NCBI GenBank assembly: GCA_963807455.1
Contig: CAWECS010000015.1
Span: 53,424 to 117,423 of the forward strand
Source: an uncultured Gammaproteobacteria bacterium
Lineage (GTDB): Bacteria > Pseudomonadota > Gammaproteobacteria > JAADHQ01
DNA length: 64,000 nucleotides
Direction of reading: 5' to 3'
The first letter of the stretch is position 1. Each line of letters opens with the position of its first letter. A model generated the notes under the pieces. It saw only the letters and a list, made by a program, of their open reading frames with translations, had not been told where the DNA came from and made no database searches. A program made the position numbers and the translations under genes. Shown here in pieces: positions 21,563 to 31,432 of this stretch.

Positions 21563-21679
21563 TGACAATTCAAAGCCATGGTTATTTGGACGACAAGAAA
21601 ACAATATGACTAATGTTGCGCTAATAATATAGCGAGTTTACAGAGGACGCCATGTATAAAACCTGTCCAAAATGCAAGT

Positions 21680-22402
21680 ATGTTCGCACACAGGCTGACA
21701 AGGGCAATGCTCGATCAATGCCCATCTTGTGGTTTGATTTTTTCCAAATGGATGAGGCAGCAGTACCACCAGGAAAAAGTTGTGCCTGCTCTTGAGGATA
21801 AAAGGGAATCATTTTTTCATCGATTACTGAATACACTGTTATATGTGCCCGAGCGTACCGATACTGTAAAGCTGGTGGGACATGCGTTAATTTTCCTGGT
21901 GTTATTCATCTGGGGCTGGTCATTTATTTTTATGAATATGCAGTCCAACGAAATTGGCAGTTCCTTTATGCATAATATCAACCTGGTCTTTCATGAGGCA
22001 GGGCATGTTATTTTTCGGCCTCTCGGGCGCTTCATGACCATACTCGGTGGTTCCCTTTTACAATTATTAGTACCCGCTGTAGTGATAGGTGCTTTTATCT
22101 GGAAAAACCACGATAACTTTGGCGCCTCCATTGGGTTGTGGTGGTTCTCACAAAGCCTGATGGATCTTGCCCCTTACATTAATGACGCACAAGCAGGGCA
22201 GTTAATGTTGCTCGGTGGTGTTACCGGCCAGGATATGCCCGGGATTCATGACTGGAAAAATATTCTTACTGACCTTCATCTACTGCAATATGATCATGCA
22301 ATTGCCTGGTTTGTAGATTTTAATGGTGAGATATTAATGCTGCTTTCGTTTATCTGGGGTGCCTATATCTTATATGCGCAATATCAAACGACCAGGCATT
22401 GA
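21680..22402 (+). CDS. Membrane protein with an N-terminal zinc-ribbon; N-terminus probably frameshifted
   Basis: 240-aa ORF with CPSC then TM helices and an HEAGH-like segment. An ATG at 21652 with a GAGGA RBS encodes MYKTCPKCKYVRTQAD in the -1 register. That would supply the first CxxC of a CPKC...CPSC ribbon. Confidence 0.55.
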   Translation: MFAHRLTRAMLDQCPSCGLIFSKWMRQQYHQEKVVPALEDKRESFFHRLLNTLLYVPERTDTVKLVGHALIFLVLFIWGWSFIFMNMQSNEIGSSFMHNINLVFHEAGHVIFRPLGRFMTILGGSLLQLLVPAVVIGAFIWKNHDNFGASIGLWWFSQSLMDLAPYINDAQAGQLMLLGGVTGQDMPGIHDWKNILTDLHLLQYDHAIAWFVDFNGEILMLLSFIWGAYILYAQYQTTRH

Positions 22403-22940
22403 TCTCTGGGTGTCGGATCACAAGGTGATCGCCTGTACTTCTACGAAGAGTGTTTTTTGCGTGGCAGTGCAGGTCGTTTTTAAATTGACTCCCTGATCCC
22501 GTTTCGGGTAAAAGCATCGTCGTTGGGGTTGGTAATACTGGCGCCAGCTTTTATGATGTGGCGACTGCAGTTGACGAGTTTCAAAGCCGCATAAAATTTC
22601 TTTAAAGTGATCGAAGTCAGCAGTAAGTCATCAAGCGGTATCATCTCTGTGAGCGGAGAATCGGATGCCGCCCAGCTATACCATGCAATAAAAGTGGAAA
22701 TAATGCTTGATATTAACAAGTAGCTGGCCTGGATCAGTAGATTTAGATTCAGTCCAAACTATAGTGGTATCAGTGATGGAAGCGAGTATATAGGCCAGCT
22801 TATGATTGGTTAAATCTATTAATCTTATAGTTATAAACGATTTTAACTATTATGTGGTCAGCGTTATTGTTACTGCAAGCTCGACCTTACCGGGTTGAGG
22901 CATCCATCAGACAAGCACGATAGCTATCAAGGAGAAGGAT

Positions 22941-24398
22941 ATGAGTAAGAAACCAAAACTAACGACCACTGGCGGCGCACCTGTTGGCGACAATCAAAAT
23001 GTGATGACCGCGGGGGCGCGTGGTCCATTACTACTCCAGGATCTCTGGTTTCTGGAAAAGCTGGCTCACTTCGATCGAGAGGTAATTCCAGAGCGCCGAA
23101 TGCATGCCAAAGGTTCAGGGGCCTACGGCACTTTTACTGTTACCCATGATATTAGCCAGTACACCAAGGCCAAGTTGTTTTCCGAAGTAGGAAAAAAGAC
23201 CGAGGTATTTCTGCGCTTTTCCACGGTGGCGGGTGAGCGCGGTGCGGCAGATGCTGAGCGGGATATCCGCGGTTTTGCAGTGAAGTTTTACACAGAAGAA
23301 GGCAACTGGGATATGGTCGGCAACAATACACCGGTGTTCTTCCTGCGGGATCCATTGAAGTTTCCTGATTTGAACCATGCTGTGAAGCGTGACCCAAGAA
23401 CCAATATGCGTAGCGCCCAAAATAATTGGGATTTTTGGACACTGTTGCCTGAAGCCTTGCATCAAATCACCATACTGATGAGTGATCGCGGTAATCCTCG
23501 TAGCTATCGTCATATGCATGGTTTTGGCAGTCACACCTTCAGTTTTATTAATGCTGAAAATGAACGCTTCTGGGTCAAGTTTCATTTTAAAAGTCAGCAA
23601 GGTATTGAAAACTTGACAGATGAAGAGGCAGAGGAAGTGATAGGCAAGGACCGCGAAAGTCATCAAAAGGATTTGTATGACAGCATAGAAAAGGGTGATT
23701 TTCCGCGTTGGGATTTTAAAGTGCAAATCATGCGAGAGAAGGATGCTGCTAACTATCGGTTTCATCCATTTGATTTGACTAAAGTGTGGTCACATAAAGA
23801 CTATCCACTAATCGATGTGGGTGTACTAGAACTTAACCGCAATCCTGAAAACTATCATGCAGAAGTTGAGCAATCGGCATTTAATCCAGCGAATGTACCG
23901 CCGGGCATTGGTTTTTCACCGGACAAGATGCTGCAGGGTCGCCTATTCTCTTATGGCGATGCACAACGTTACCGCTTGGGTGTAAATCATGCACAGATTC
24001 CGGTCAATCATCCGCGATGCCCAGTGCATAGTTTTCACCGTGATGGCGCCATGCGCGTAGATGGTAACTTTGGTAGCACCAAGGGTTATGAGCCAAATAG
24101 CTTAGGTGAATGGCAGGAGCAACCAGAAAGCAAGGAGCCACCAATGGCTATTGATGGCGCTGCCGACCATTGGAACTATCGTGAAGATGATGATGACTAC
24201 TATACGCAGCCGGGTGATTTGTTTCGCTTGATGAATCCGCAACAGCAGCAGTTACTGTTTGAGAACACAGCGCGTTCAGTGGGCGGAGCCGATGTTGTAG
24301 TACAAAAACGTCACATCGCCAATTGTCTGAAAGCAGACCCTGCGTACGGTAAAGGTGTGGCGGGAGCATTGGGCATTTCACTGGAAGATATTAGATAG
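22941..24398 (+). CDS. Monofunctional haem catalase (small-subunit type)
   Basis: 485 aa; [18 protein letters not shown]-like motif ([22 protein letters not shown]), VRFSTV and [14 protein letters not shown]. Confidence 0.95.
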   Translation: MSKKPKLTTTGGAPVGDNQNVMTAGARGPLLLQDLWFLEKLAHFDREVIPERRMHAKGSGAYGTFTVTHDISQYTKAKLFSEVGKKTEVFLRFSTVAGERGAADAERDIRGFAVKFYTEEGNWDMVGNNTPVFFLRDPLKFPDLNHAVKRDPRTNMRSAQNNWDFWTLLPEALHQITILMSDRGNPRSYRHMHGFGSHTFSFINAENERFWVKFHFKSQQGIENLTDEEAEEVIGKDRESHQKDLYDSIEKGDFPRWDFKVQIMREKDAANYRFHPFDLTKVWSHKDYPLIDVGVLELNRNPENYHAEVEQSAFNPANVPPGIGFSPDKMLQGRLFSYGDAQRYRLGVNHAQIPVNHPRCPVHSFHRDGAMRVDGNFGSTKGYEPNSLGEWQEQPESKEPPMAIDGAADHWNYREDDDDYYTQPGDLFRLMNPQQQQLLFENTARSVGGADVVVQKRHIANCLKADPAYGKGVAGALGISLEDIR

Positions 24399-24509
24399 TA
24401 GCCTCAATGTTTTTAGCCCCATACTCCAGCTTGCAAGAATAGCAGGCTGGAGTAATACCAGATAGATAAATGCCCGGTGTGTAATAATATAACATTAGGA
24501 GAATAGACA

Positions 24510-24977
24510 ATGAGCACAATTGATATTGGTATTAACAAAAAAGATCGTACTAAAATTGCGGATGGTTTGAAATCCTTGTTAGCAGATTCCTATACTTTAT
24601 ATTTGCAAACACATAATTTTCACTGGAATGTAACAGGGCCACAGTTTCGTGAGCTGCACTTGATGTTCGAAGAACATTATACTGAGTTAGCGCTTGCTGT
24701 CGATGAAATTGCTGAACGTATCCGTACATTGGATGTTGCTGCACCCGGTACTTACAAGAGCTTTGCAAAACTGAGTTCAATAAAAGAAGTCGAAGGTGTC
24801 CCTGCTGCAAAAGACATGGTCAAGATTCTTACGCAGGGTCATGAGCAAGTGGTAAAAACCTGTCGGGAGGTTTTGTCACCTGCGCAGAAAGCGGGTGACG
24901 AGTCCACCGCAGCATTGGTTTCAGACCGCATGCGAGTACATGAGAAAACTGCCTGGATGCTGCGAGCTACGCTATAA
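24510..24977 (+). CDS. dps: Dps-family DNA-protection/ferritin-like protein
   Basis: 155 aa; [35 protein letters not shown] ferroxidase-site pattern. Confidence 0.9.
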   Translation: MSTIDIGINKKDRTKIADGLKSLLADSYTLYLQTHNFHWNVTGPQFRELHLMFEEHYTELALAVDEIAERIRTLDVAAPGTYKSFAKLSSIKEVEGVPAAKDMVKILTQGHEQVVKTCREVLSPAQKAGDESTAALVSDRMRVHEKTAWMLRATL

Positions 24978-25010
24978 CAGCCACAAAGGCAATTGCATTC
25001 TCGATTAAAA

Positions 25011-25040
25011 AGAGCGGCTTAGAGCCGCTCTTGTTTGTTA
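25011..25040 (+). terminator. Rho-independent terminator after dps
   Basis: Perfect 8-bp stem AGAGCGGC (25011..25018) / GCCGCTCT (25024..25031) with a 5-nt loop, followed by TGTTTGTT. Confidence 0.75.
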
Positions 25041-25350
25041 TCCACATAAAAGTCGATAATTAGTATCTTCAAAAATACATTAATCTATCAGCAGTATTTG
25101 GAAAAACAGGTTATAGAATAATAAATCAAGGTTTCGCTATCCTTATGATCAAACAGCAATATTTATTTGAAGCAATGTAGAAGAGTTGAGATTTATCCGA
25201 AACTTGATATGTGTCAATGTAAATCTATGTAAATGGGGTGGTTTTAATGTTGTAGTAGCATATATTATTCAATTATAGATATTTTTGATTCTATTTTCAT
25301 ATGAGGTTATAGGTAACTCTGCCCTAATGGCTAAATTAATAGGTATTCTC

Positions 25351-26103
25351 ATGAAAAAACAGATCATACTTTCAAGCCTGTTCGCTTTTTTTACATCATC
25401 AATCTGCCTTATGGTAATGCCAGGCGTCGCCAATGCAGATCGTGAAAAACACCGCGCCGATGAATCATCAAAACATCAACAGAAACCAGCCAGACCCAGC
25501 CGTCAAAAGATCGAGCGCGATAGAAGTCGACACGATAATCGTATCAGTCGCGATAATCGTAATCGTGATGCTGACCGTTATCGTAATGAAAGGCGTGTGC
25601 AGCCTGTGTACAGGTCAAGGAATCAACATTATCCCCACTACCAGACTCGCCCCCGTCATGTTGACAGAGACCGACTGACAAAACGCAAATACAAAGTCAT
25701 TATTAATCGTCCACGACATTCACACCGCGGTACTGTGTACCTGTATCCGCACCGACATTATTACCCACACAGGTACAGACCGCTCTACCTGAAGGATAAT
25801 GATGTCTGGGCATGGATTGCCTTCACCGCGATTACACTTAAAATTCTCGACAATCTGAATGATCAGCAGCAAAGGGAACACGAGCGAGCCATCTATAGTT
25901 CCATTAGTATTCCTGTAGGCGACACCATGACCTGGAGCAGAGACTCTGCATCAGGTACAGTCACTCCGATTTGGGAAGGCAGAAGTAACACCGGTCTTTA
26001 CTGCCGTGAATTCCGCCAGGAAGTCACTATTGGTGATCGTACTGAAGTCGCACATGGAACAGCTTGTAAGCGAGATGATGGGTCCTGGGAGATTGTTGAC
26101 TAA
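25351..26103 (+). CDS. Secreted protein with an Arg/His/Asp-rich low-complexity region and a C-terminal surface-antigen-like domain
   Basis: Start moved to the ATG at 25351 (signal peptide MKKQIILSSLFAFFTSSICLMVMPGVANA). The C-terminus (W..D..SGTVTP......GLYCREFRQEV.....TEVAHGTACKRDDGSWEIV) resembles the 17-kDa surface antigen-type fold. Confidence 0.5.
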   Translation: MKKQIILSSLFAFFTSSICLMVMPGVANADREKHRADESSKHQQKPARPSRQKIERDRSRHDNRISRDNRNRDADRYRNERRVQPVYRSRNQHYPHYQTRPRHVDRDRLTKRKYKVIINRPRHSHRGTVYLYPHRHYYPHRYRPLYLKDNDVWAWIAFTAITLKILDNLNDQQQREHERAIYSSISIPVGDTMTWSRDSASGTVTPIWEGRSNTGLYCREFRQEVTIGDRTEVAHGTACKRDDGSWEIVD

Positions 26104-26116
26104 GAACTGTACTCAG

Positions 26117-26156
26117 CGGTCGGGTTATATAATCTTGTTTGGCCCGGCCGTTTTTT
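26117..26156 (+). terminator. Rho-independent terminator
   Basis: Stem CGGTCGGG (26117..26124) / CCCGGCCG (26143..26150, one G-T pair), followed by TTTTTT. Confidence 0.6.
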
Positions 26157-26233
26157 ATCAGTAATTCCCGTGATCATTGTTTGAATATTGATGCCTGCTG
26201 AAGCCACCTATTTTATATTTAAGCACTTGATGT

Positions 26234-26584
26234 CTAATGGCAGCCAGTAGCAGCGAGACTACCGACTGTAGCACCAATAAAATTCCAGAACATATCTTTC
26301 CAGCTCCAGTATTTTTTCCTGGCATATTTATCGTAGTATTCCTTGCCTGCACCAATGCCAATGCTGACAGTGATTCCAGCGGTGGCAGCGTCACAATCAC
26401 TTTTGCCACGATTTGTTTGGGTAATACTGGTGCCAGCAGCTATCACAGCAGAAACAGAAAAATGTTGGGCTTTGTCTTTGCCAAACCAGTCATCCTTGTG
26501 CTTGTTAGTGTTAACAGAGGCGCAAGCAGAGATTGAGATTATTAGTATAAGTAATATAAACAGCATTGGAAAATCGTTTGGCAT
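26234..26584 (-). CDS. Small lipoprotein, YfiM/DUF2279-like
   Basis: Lipobox-like LILIISISAC, then DWFGKDKAQHF and a C-terminal glycine/aromatic segment. Confidence 0.45.
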   Translation of the reverse strand: MPNDFPMLFILLILIISISACASVNTNKHKDDWFGKDKAQHFSVSAVIAAGTSITQTNRGKSDCDAATAGITVSIGIGAGKEYYDKYARKKYWSWKDMFWNFIGATVGSLAATGCH

Positions 26585-26592
26585 TTTCAGCT

Positions 26593-27447
26593 TTAATCCC
26601 GATCTCTATCAATTCTAAAAGTTGCAACAAAGGGAAGGTGGTCAGATACCGTATCCTTATAGTTTTCGCGTCCAACATCCATACTCCAGTGCATAGGAAA
26701 TAATCTAAGACTTCCACGAATATATTCTTTACTGAAAGTACGTGTAATCGCGAAGCCATCAAGAAGATTGGCCCTGCCTTTTTCCAGTATATGTGAGAAA
26801 CGCGCCTGGAGATCCCATGAGGATAAAAAATCCATGACATCATCGCCGCCGAGAAAATGAAAATTACTGATGTCCTGACCCGGTATCATATTAAAATCAC
26901 CGGTCAAGATAATATCTTCGCGTCCATTGGTTCTGGATTGCTCGATAAAGTTAAAAATAACTTTCGCCTGTTCATCCCTGATTTTTTGATTAGGGAGTGA
27001 GCGTCCCGATTTAAGATGAACAGCTATCAGTGTGAAATCAAATTTTCCAATTTTGACATCGACAGCCAAGGCTTTGCGCTTGCCTGGATCACCTAGATCT
27101 GAATTAGCGATTAATCGTGGATTGGATACTTCAACACCATCTTTGTAAAGCACGCCAATATGAAGCTTACCTGTTTGTTCAATCAGGGATGAATGATAAG
27201 TAATTCCATTATCAAGTAGGCCTGCTTTTATTTTATCCAAAGCCTGGAGTGGGTTAATCTCAACTAGAGCCACCACTTCTGCATCCAGCATAGTTAGTCC
27301 CTCTACTTGCTTGGCTATGCGCTCATCGGTTATGCCGTCAAACCCTTCCAGGTTCCATGCTGCGATGTTGGTAGTCGATCTTTGAAATGTATTCATGAGT
27401 TCAATCCTCCTTTGGTGATGGAATTGACTATGACTGTGTCTATTCAC
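26593..27447 (-). CDS. Endonuclease/exonuclease/phosphatase (EEP) family protein
   Basis: 284 aa. The N-terminal acidic catalytic region (VALVEINP) and terminal SDHLPF motif are typical of the EEP fold. Confidence 0.6.
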   Translation of the reverse strand: MNRHSHSQFHHQRRIELMNTFQRSTTNIAAWNLEGFDGITDERIAKQVEGLTMLDAEVVALVEINPLQALDKIKAGLLDNGITYHSSLIEQTGKLHIGVLYKDGVEVSNPRLIANSDLGDPGKRKALAVDVKIGKFDFTLIAVHLKSGRSLPNQKIRDEQAKVIFNFIEQSRTNGREDIILTGDFNMIPGQDISNFHFLGGDDVMDFLSSWDLQARFSHILEKGRANLLDGFAITRTFSKEYIRGSLRLFPMHWSMDVGRENYKDTVSDHLPFVATFRIDRDRD

Positions 27448-27726
27448 AAGCTTGACAAGCAGGTGTGAATATTATTTTAAGCATCGATATTCTACTAAAT
27501 TAGATTCAAACCTTCCTGTTGATGTTTAGTGTCCAGCAGGCTTTTTATGCTATGCATTCGTTACCCATGCATAAGAGGAGTATAGCACTCCGCTGCAAAA
27601 TAAAGAGTTCTTAATATGGGTAAAAAAAGCGGCTACATCCAAAATAAAAAACCGTGAAAGAGTAATTTTCTGTTCACTATACTTAATACTAACCAAATAT
27701 CAGCAAATGAATATGTTGTTATCGGG

Positions 27727-28032
27727 TCAGGTTGTTTTAGTCTGGAGATTGGCAGCGCGTTCAGAAATACACTCGTAAGAGCCCATCTCATATTCTCGGC
27801 AAAGCCATGGTCGCTGTTCATAAATAGTGCATTTCATGGTATTTCTATCCAGGGCGGAACACCAGCCATCTTCCAGTCTTGCCATGCTCCTGCCTCCCCA
27901 GTTATCGGTAGCAATAAAATGTGCGGGTACGCCAGTATCAGTAATGAGGATGACTTCCAGACGACAACAGCAGGCTTCGCAGTCATCGCAAGTCACTTTG
28001 TTATCAATCATGCTGTGTGGTTTTATTGTCAT
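27727..28032 (-). CDS. YkgJ-family cysteine-cluster (zinc/iron-chelating) protein
   Basis: CDDCEACCC ... C ... C pattern (CxxCxxCC). Confidence 0.7.
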   Translation of the reverse strand: MTIKPHSMIDNKVTCDDCEACCCRLEVILITDTGVPAHFIATDNWGGRSMARLEDGWCSALDRNTMKCTIYEQRPWLCREYEMGSYECISERAANLQTKTT

Positions 28033-28108
28033 ATTTCAGATGTCATTCAAATAGCAATGTCTTATATGAAGTGAGTTATATATTGTTTTCAGTAGTGTTC
28101 TCAAAACT

Positions 28109-28173
28109 CGGGTCAGAGAACAATATACTCTAATATTGAAGACTCGGGGCAGAAAAAATTGTTCTCTGGCCCG
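28109..28173 (-). terminator. Long hairpin downstream of the GGCT-like gene (possible terminator or dispersed palindrome)
   Basis: Arms CGGGTCAGAGAACAAT (28109..28124) and ATTGTTCTCTGGCCCG (28158..28173) are complementary at 15/16 positions, with a 33-nt loop. Confidence 0.35.
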
Positions 28174-28194
28174 GGTTACCCATGGCTTTTCTTT

Positions 28195-28710
28195 TTAACG
28201 GTATTTGATAATATTTTTAATTAATACGTCCATTTCTTTTCTTCTGCGCAAGTCTGGATCATCGATTGACTCAACTGCTTCAATTGAAGAAACGCAGGAG
28301 TCGGGAAAAGCTAAATATACAGCTCCGAGAACAACTAACTGCTTGTACCAGTGATAAGGTTGCAAGTTAGTGGTGATATGGGTTTGTTGCGCAAAATAGG
28401 TAAAGCAAGTGTAGTCTTTGCCGTTATGATGTAGCTTTATTTGTTTGTCTATATAGCCACATCCTTTGCCCTCAAATCTATCGAGGTCTGTCTTATGTTC
28501 TGCATTTAATTGATATATGGCGCCATATGTCAGGTCTAGCTCTTTTCCCGTATTGAGCATATTGCATTTACTGGAGCCATCATGGCTCTTTTTATGAAAT
28601 GTAAGGCGGTGATGAGGGTATTCTGTGATGCCAACTAATTCTGCTGAAGAAACCCGCTGTTTCAATCTCAAGGGATGAAGATTAGATCCATATGCAAAGT
28701 AATAGAGCAT
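28195..28710 (-). CDS. Gamma-glutamylcyclotransferase (AIG2/GGACT-like) family protein
   Basis: N-terminal YFAYGSNLHPLRL motif. Confidence 0.7.
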   Translation of the reverse strand: MLYYFAYGSNLHPLRLKQRVSSAELVGITEYPHHRLTFHKKSHDGSSKCNMLNTGKELDLTYGAIYQLNAEHKTDLDRFEGKGCGYIDKQIKLHHNGKDYTCFTYFAQQTHITTNLQPYHWYKQLVVLGAVYLAFPDSCVSSIEAVESIDDPDLRRRKEMDVLIKNIIKYR

Positions 28711-29006
28711 AATTTACATCACTCCTATCGCTAATATGTTAGATAGTAGATGCAACGTAAATGAATATTTTGACCAGAGCATAACAGTTTATACTAATTG
28801 CTATAACCGCGTTGTAACCCGAATGGCACTAGCTTAGGTCGAAACTCGTGTCATTGCGAGTGTAAATTTAATTCTTTTTTTAAATAAATCAAACAACCTC
28901 AAAGCCCTTCTTACTAAAATCCAGCAGTAATCCAGCGTGGCAATCTGTTCATGCTGGTATCATACTTCCACACACAAGTTGGACATAAAGATAAAGAGAC
29001 CGCCGC

Positions 29007-29072
29007 GCAATAACCATACAAGCGAAACGACAGTTTTATGATCAAGTTGGACGACATCTCAATGTGTTTATT
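29007..29072 (-). repeat. Weak attC-like site 3' of the SRPBCC ORF
   Basis: GCAATAAC (29007..29014) and GTTTATTGC (29066..29074) are complementary apart from one extra base. The site lies 8 bp from the stop codon. The internal arms pair poorly. Confidence 0.3.
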
Positions 29073-29080
29073 GCAAATAA

Positions 29081-29590
29081 TTATTTCTCAGCTAAATCCT
29101 TCAATGCCTTATTCATTGAATTTAACATAGGAGGAACACCTTTCTCCATCTGTCCACAAAATATCGGTGCGAGTAATCCCTTGAACGTTTCTGTATGGGT
29201 TAATCGCGTTCCTGAGCTGGTTTCTTCCAGTTCAATTATCTTGTCGTTAGTAAAAATAAATCCGGCCAACATGTGAGCACGCCAACGAAAATATTTTGGT
29301 TCATCAAGTTTCATAATTACTGGATTGTATTTCGGACCATCCTTACCTTCTTCTTTACCTATCATGGTTATATTGAGTTCAGATCCAACGGATGCCACAC
29401 CATGCGAAGCATTAATAATTGGACTCCATTCCTGCCAATTGTCAATGTTTGTTATGATGCCCCATACTTTTGATGGTGGCGCTGATATTTCAATCTCTGT
29501 TTTAATTTCTTGCATTTTACTTCCTGCAATTGCTAGATAAGTGACGCCAGCGACCACTAACGCGATTAACACTAAAAATATTTTTTTCAT
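29081..29590 (-). CDS. SRPBCC (START/polyketide-cyclase-like) family protein with N-terminal anchor; cassette-borne
   Basis: 169 aa. TM/signal MKKIFLVLIALVVAGVTYLAIAG, then SRPBCC-like PSKVWGIITNIDNWQEW. Flanked by attC-like repeats. Confidence 0.65.
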   Translation of the reverse strand: MKKIFLVLIALVVAGVTYLAIAGSKMQEIKTEIEISAPPSKVWGIITNIDNWQEWSPIINASHGVASVGSELNITMIGKEEGKDGPKYNPVIMKLDEPKYFRWRAHMLAGFIFTNDKIIELEETSSGTRLTHTETFKGLLAPIFCGQMEKGVPPMLNSMNKALKDLAEK

Positions 29591-29659
29591 ATTTTTATTC
29601 TATTCTTAAGTTGATTTGATTAATTGATAATACATTGCAAAGCATCTGGTTTTACTGAC

Positions 29660-29741
29660 ACATAACGTTGCAATTAACTGGCGTATTTACAAGGAGCGCA
29701 GCGACAGAATAATGCGTCCATGTTAAATTATCTTGTTTGAT
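29660..29741 (-). repeat. attC-like integron recombination site (82 bp)
   Basis: ACATAAC-GTTGCAATTAACTGGCG ... GGAGCGCAGCG ... GCGTCC ... TTAAATTATCTT-GTTTGAT. It has the same block structure as the sites at 44047 and 47127. Coordinates +/-1. Confidence 0.7.
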
Positions 29742-30034
29742 TCATTGATTACTCAAATCGTTTATTTCTTTTTCAAGTTCAGCGACCCCTGGCCACTCAA
29801 TAGCCAGCCTGCTTTAAATAACAATAAAATCATACAATTATTTGTAATTTATACATAAAAAACAAATACATGTCGATAAATTCGTCTTTTGCGGCTAGTC
29901 CGGGTCGTGCGCGATAACCACGGTTTGTTGTGAAAAGCGCTTAGCTTGCTGATTTTTATTCAGATTCCAGCTTATGTTGTTAGCCGGTGTGCCGAAACCC
30001 TGTTGTATATAAAGACGCAACTGAGAGCATTGGC

Positions 30035-31432
30035 ATGTATTACGACTTCTTTGGCCTGAATCAGCCTCCCTTCCGGATCACTCCGGATACCCAGCTGTTC
30101 TATTCCGGGGCTGACCGCGGGGATATTCTGCAGGCGCTGATCTACGCCATTCAGAATGGTGAAGCCATTACCAAGGTAGTGGGCGAGGTAGGTACGGGTA
30201 AAACCATGCTCTGTCGCATGCTGGAGCACAAACTCCCCGAACACATCGAAGTGGTGTACCTGCCCAACCCGAATATCCCCAGGGAAAATATTCTACATGC
30301 CCTTGCCTTTGAGGTCGGTCTCCCGGAAGCCATAGGCCAGGGGGTAAGTCGGCTGGAGCTTACCAAAGCGTTTGAAGCTTACCTGCTGCAAAAGCATGCC
30401 GATCACCAGCAAGTGGTGGTGTTTGTGGAAGAGGCACAGAGTATGCCGCTGGAGACACTGGAGGAGATTCGTCTGCTCAGTAACCTGGAGACCCAGCAGC
30501 ACAAACTGTTGCAGGTGGTGTTATTCGGGCAACCGGAGCTGGATCAGAATCTTGCTGCTCCCCATGTGCGTCAGATCAAGGAGCGAATCACCAACAGCCT
30601 CTATCTGCCGCCGCTAAAGGTCGCTGATATCCCCGATTACCTGATGTTCCGCATGCACCTCGCCGGATATAACGGCGCCGAGCTGTTCACCGGTGGTGCC
30701 GCCAGGCTTATCGCACGTGGCTCGCGTGGTCTGTTGCGCCGTATCAATATCCTTGCAGACAAAGCGCTGCTGGCCGCCTATGCGCAAAATGCACACTTGG
30801 TGACCCGTAGACATGTGGCGATTGCCATTCAGGATAGTGAATTTGGCCGCCTGTCGCACTGGTATCGGCCATCCTGGGTGGCCAGTTTGCTGGTGGGCAT
30901 GGTCCTGGGTGCGGCAGGATTATCTGTGGCCAGCCTGGGGACACAGTCAATAGCGCAACTGCCGGCGACGGTTTCCGGCAAACAGTCCGCACCGCGATCC
31001 CTCACACCAGTGGTCCAGGTTGACGTGGCCCATGATGAACCGATAGCAGCGCACTCCAAATCGGGTGATAGCACCGGGTCGCTGGTGAAAAGCCGTATAG
31101 AACAGTCACATACATGGCTGGCGAAGCAGGATCCGCAGCGCTTCAGTATTCAGGTTTTGCTCGCCCGTGCCGATGTCACAGAGGGATTGGAACGCTTTTT
31201 TTCCCAAAAAGACGTTCGTAATGAGATAGATAGGCTACATGTTGTGCAATCCACGGTGAAAGACAAGCCCATGCTGATTGTTTTTTATGGAGATTATGCC
31301 ACCTATGACGAAGCCAACCGTGCCCTGCGAGCACTCCCACAGGGGCTGTCGCGCTACAAGCCTTATCTGCGTCGCCTGCGGGGTTTCATGGCCGAGGCGG
31401 GCCTAAACAGTGTTGAGATAACAAAATCATGA
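30035..31432 (+). CDS. ExeA/GspA/MshM-like AAA+ ATPase with TM and a C-terminal SPOR-like periplasmic domain
   Basis: Start at MYYDFFGLNQPPF (typical ExeA/MshM N-terminus). Walker A GEVGTGKT and Walker B VVVFVEEAQ. TM WVASLLVGMVLGAAGLSVASL. C-terminal RFSIQVLLA...LIVFYGDYATYDEANRAL. Confidence 0.8.
   Translation: MYYDFFGLNQPPFRITPDTQLFYSGADRGDILQALIYAIQNGEAITKVVGEVGTGKTMLCRMLEHKLPEHIEVVYLPNPNIPRENILHALAFEVGLPEAIGQGVSRLELTKAFEAYLLQKHADHQQVVVFVEEAQSMPLETLEEIRLLSNLETQQHKLLQVVLFGQPELDQNLAAPHVRQIKERITNSLYLPPLKVADIPDYLMFRMHLAGYNGAELFTGGAARLIARGSRGLLRRINILADKALLAAYAQNAHLVTRRHVAIAIQDSEFGRLSHWYRPSWVASLLVGMVLGAAGLSVASLGTQSIAQLPATVSGKQSAPRSLTPVVQVDVAHDEPIAAHSKSGDSTGSLVKSRIEQSHTWLAKQDPQRFSIQVLLARADVTEGLERFFSQKDVRNEIDRLHVVQSTVKDKPMLIVFYGDYATYDEANRALRALPQGLSRYKPYLRRLRGFMAEAGLNSVEITKS

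Noticed and set aside
22480-22719. 79-aa minus-strand ORF upstream of the catalase gene
   Set aside because: It has no RBS, no motif and an odd composition. It is more likely the catalase regulatory region.
27687-27724. TACTAAC ... GTTATCG pair downstream of the YkgJ-like gene as an attC
   Set aside because: The span is only 38 bp, too short for an attC, and it has no arm pairing.
28711-29006. Search for attC sites or a cassette ORF between the GGCT-like and SRPBCC genes
   Set aside because: No convincing core pair or ORF was found. The genes left of ~29.0 kb (GGCT-like, YkgJ-like, EEP) cannot be shown to be cassettes.
29912-29985. A further attC-like site (CGATAAC ... GTTAGCC) just upstream of the first pilus gene, which would make the island a plus-oriented cassette
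   Set aside because: Only the 7-mers resemble cores. The inner arms do not pair, and the family blocks (GCAATT, GCGTCC) are absent. It is probably chance.
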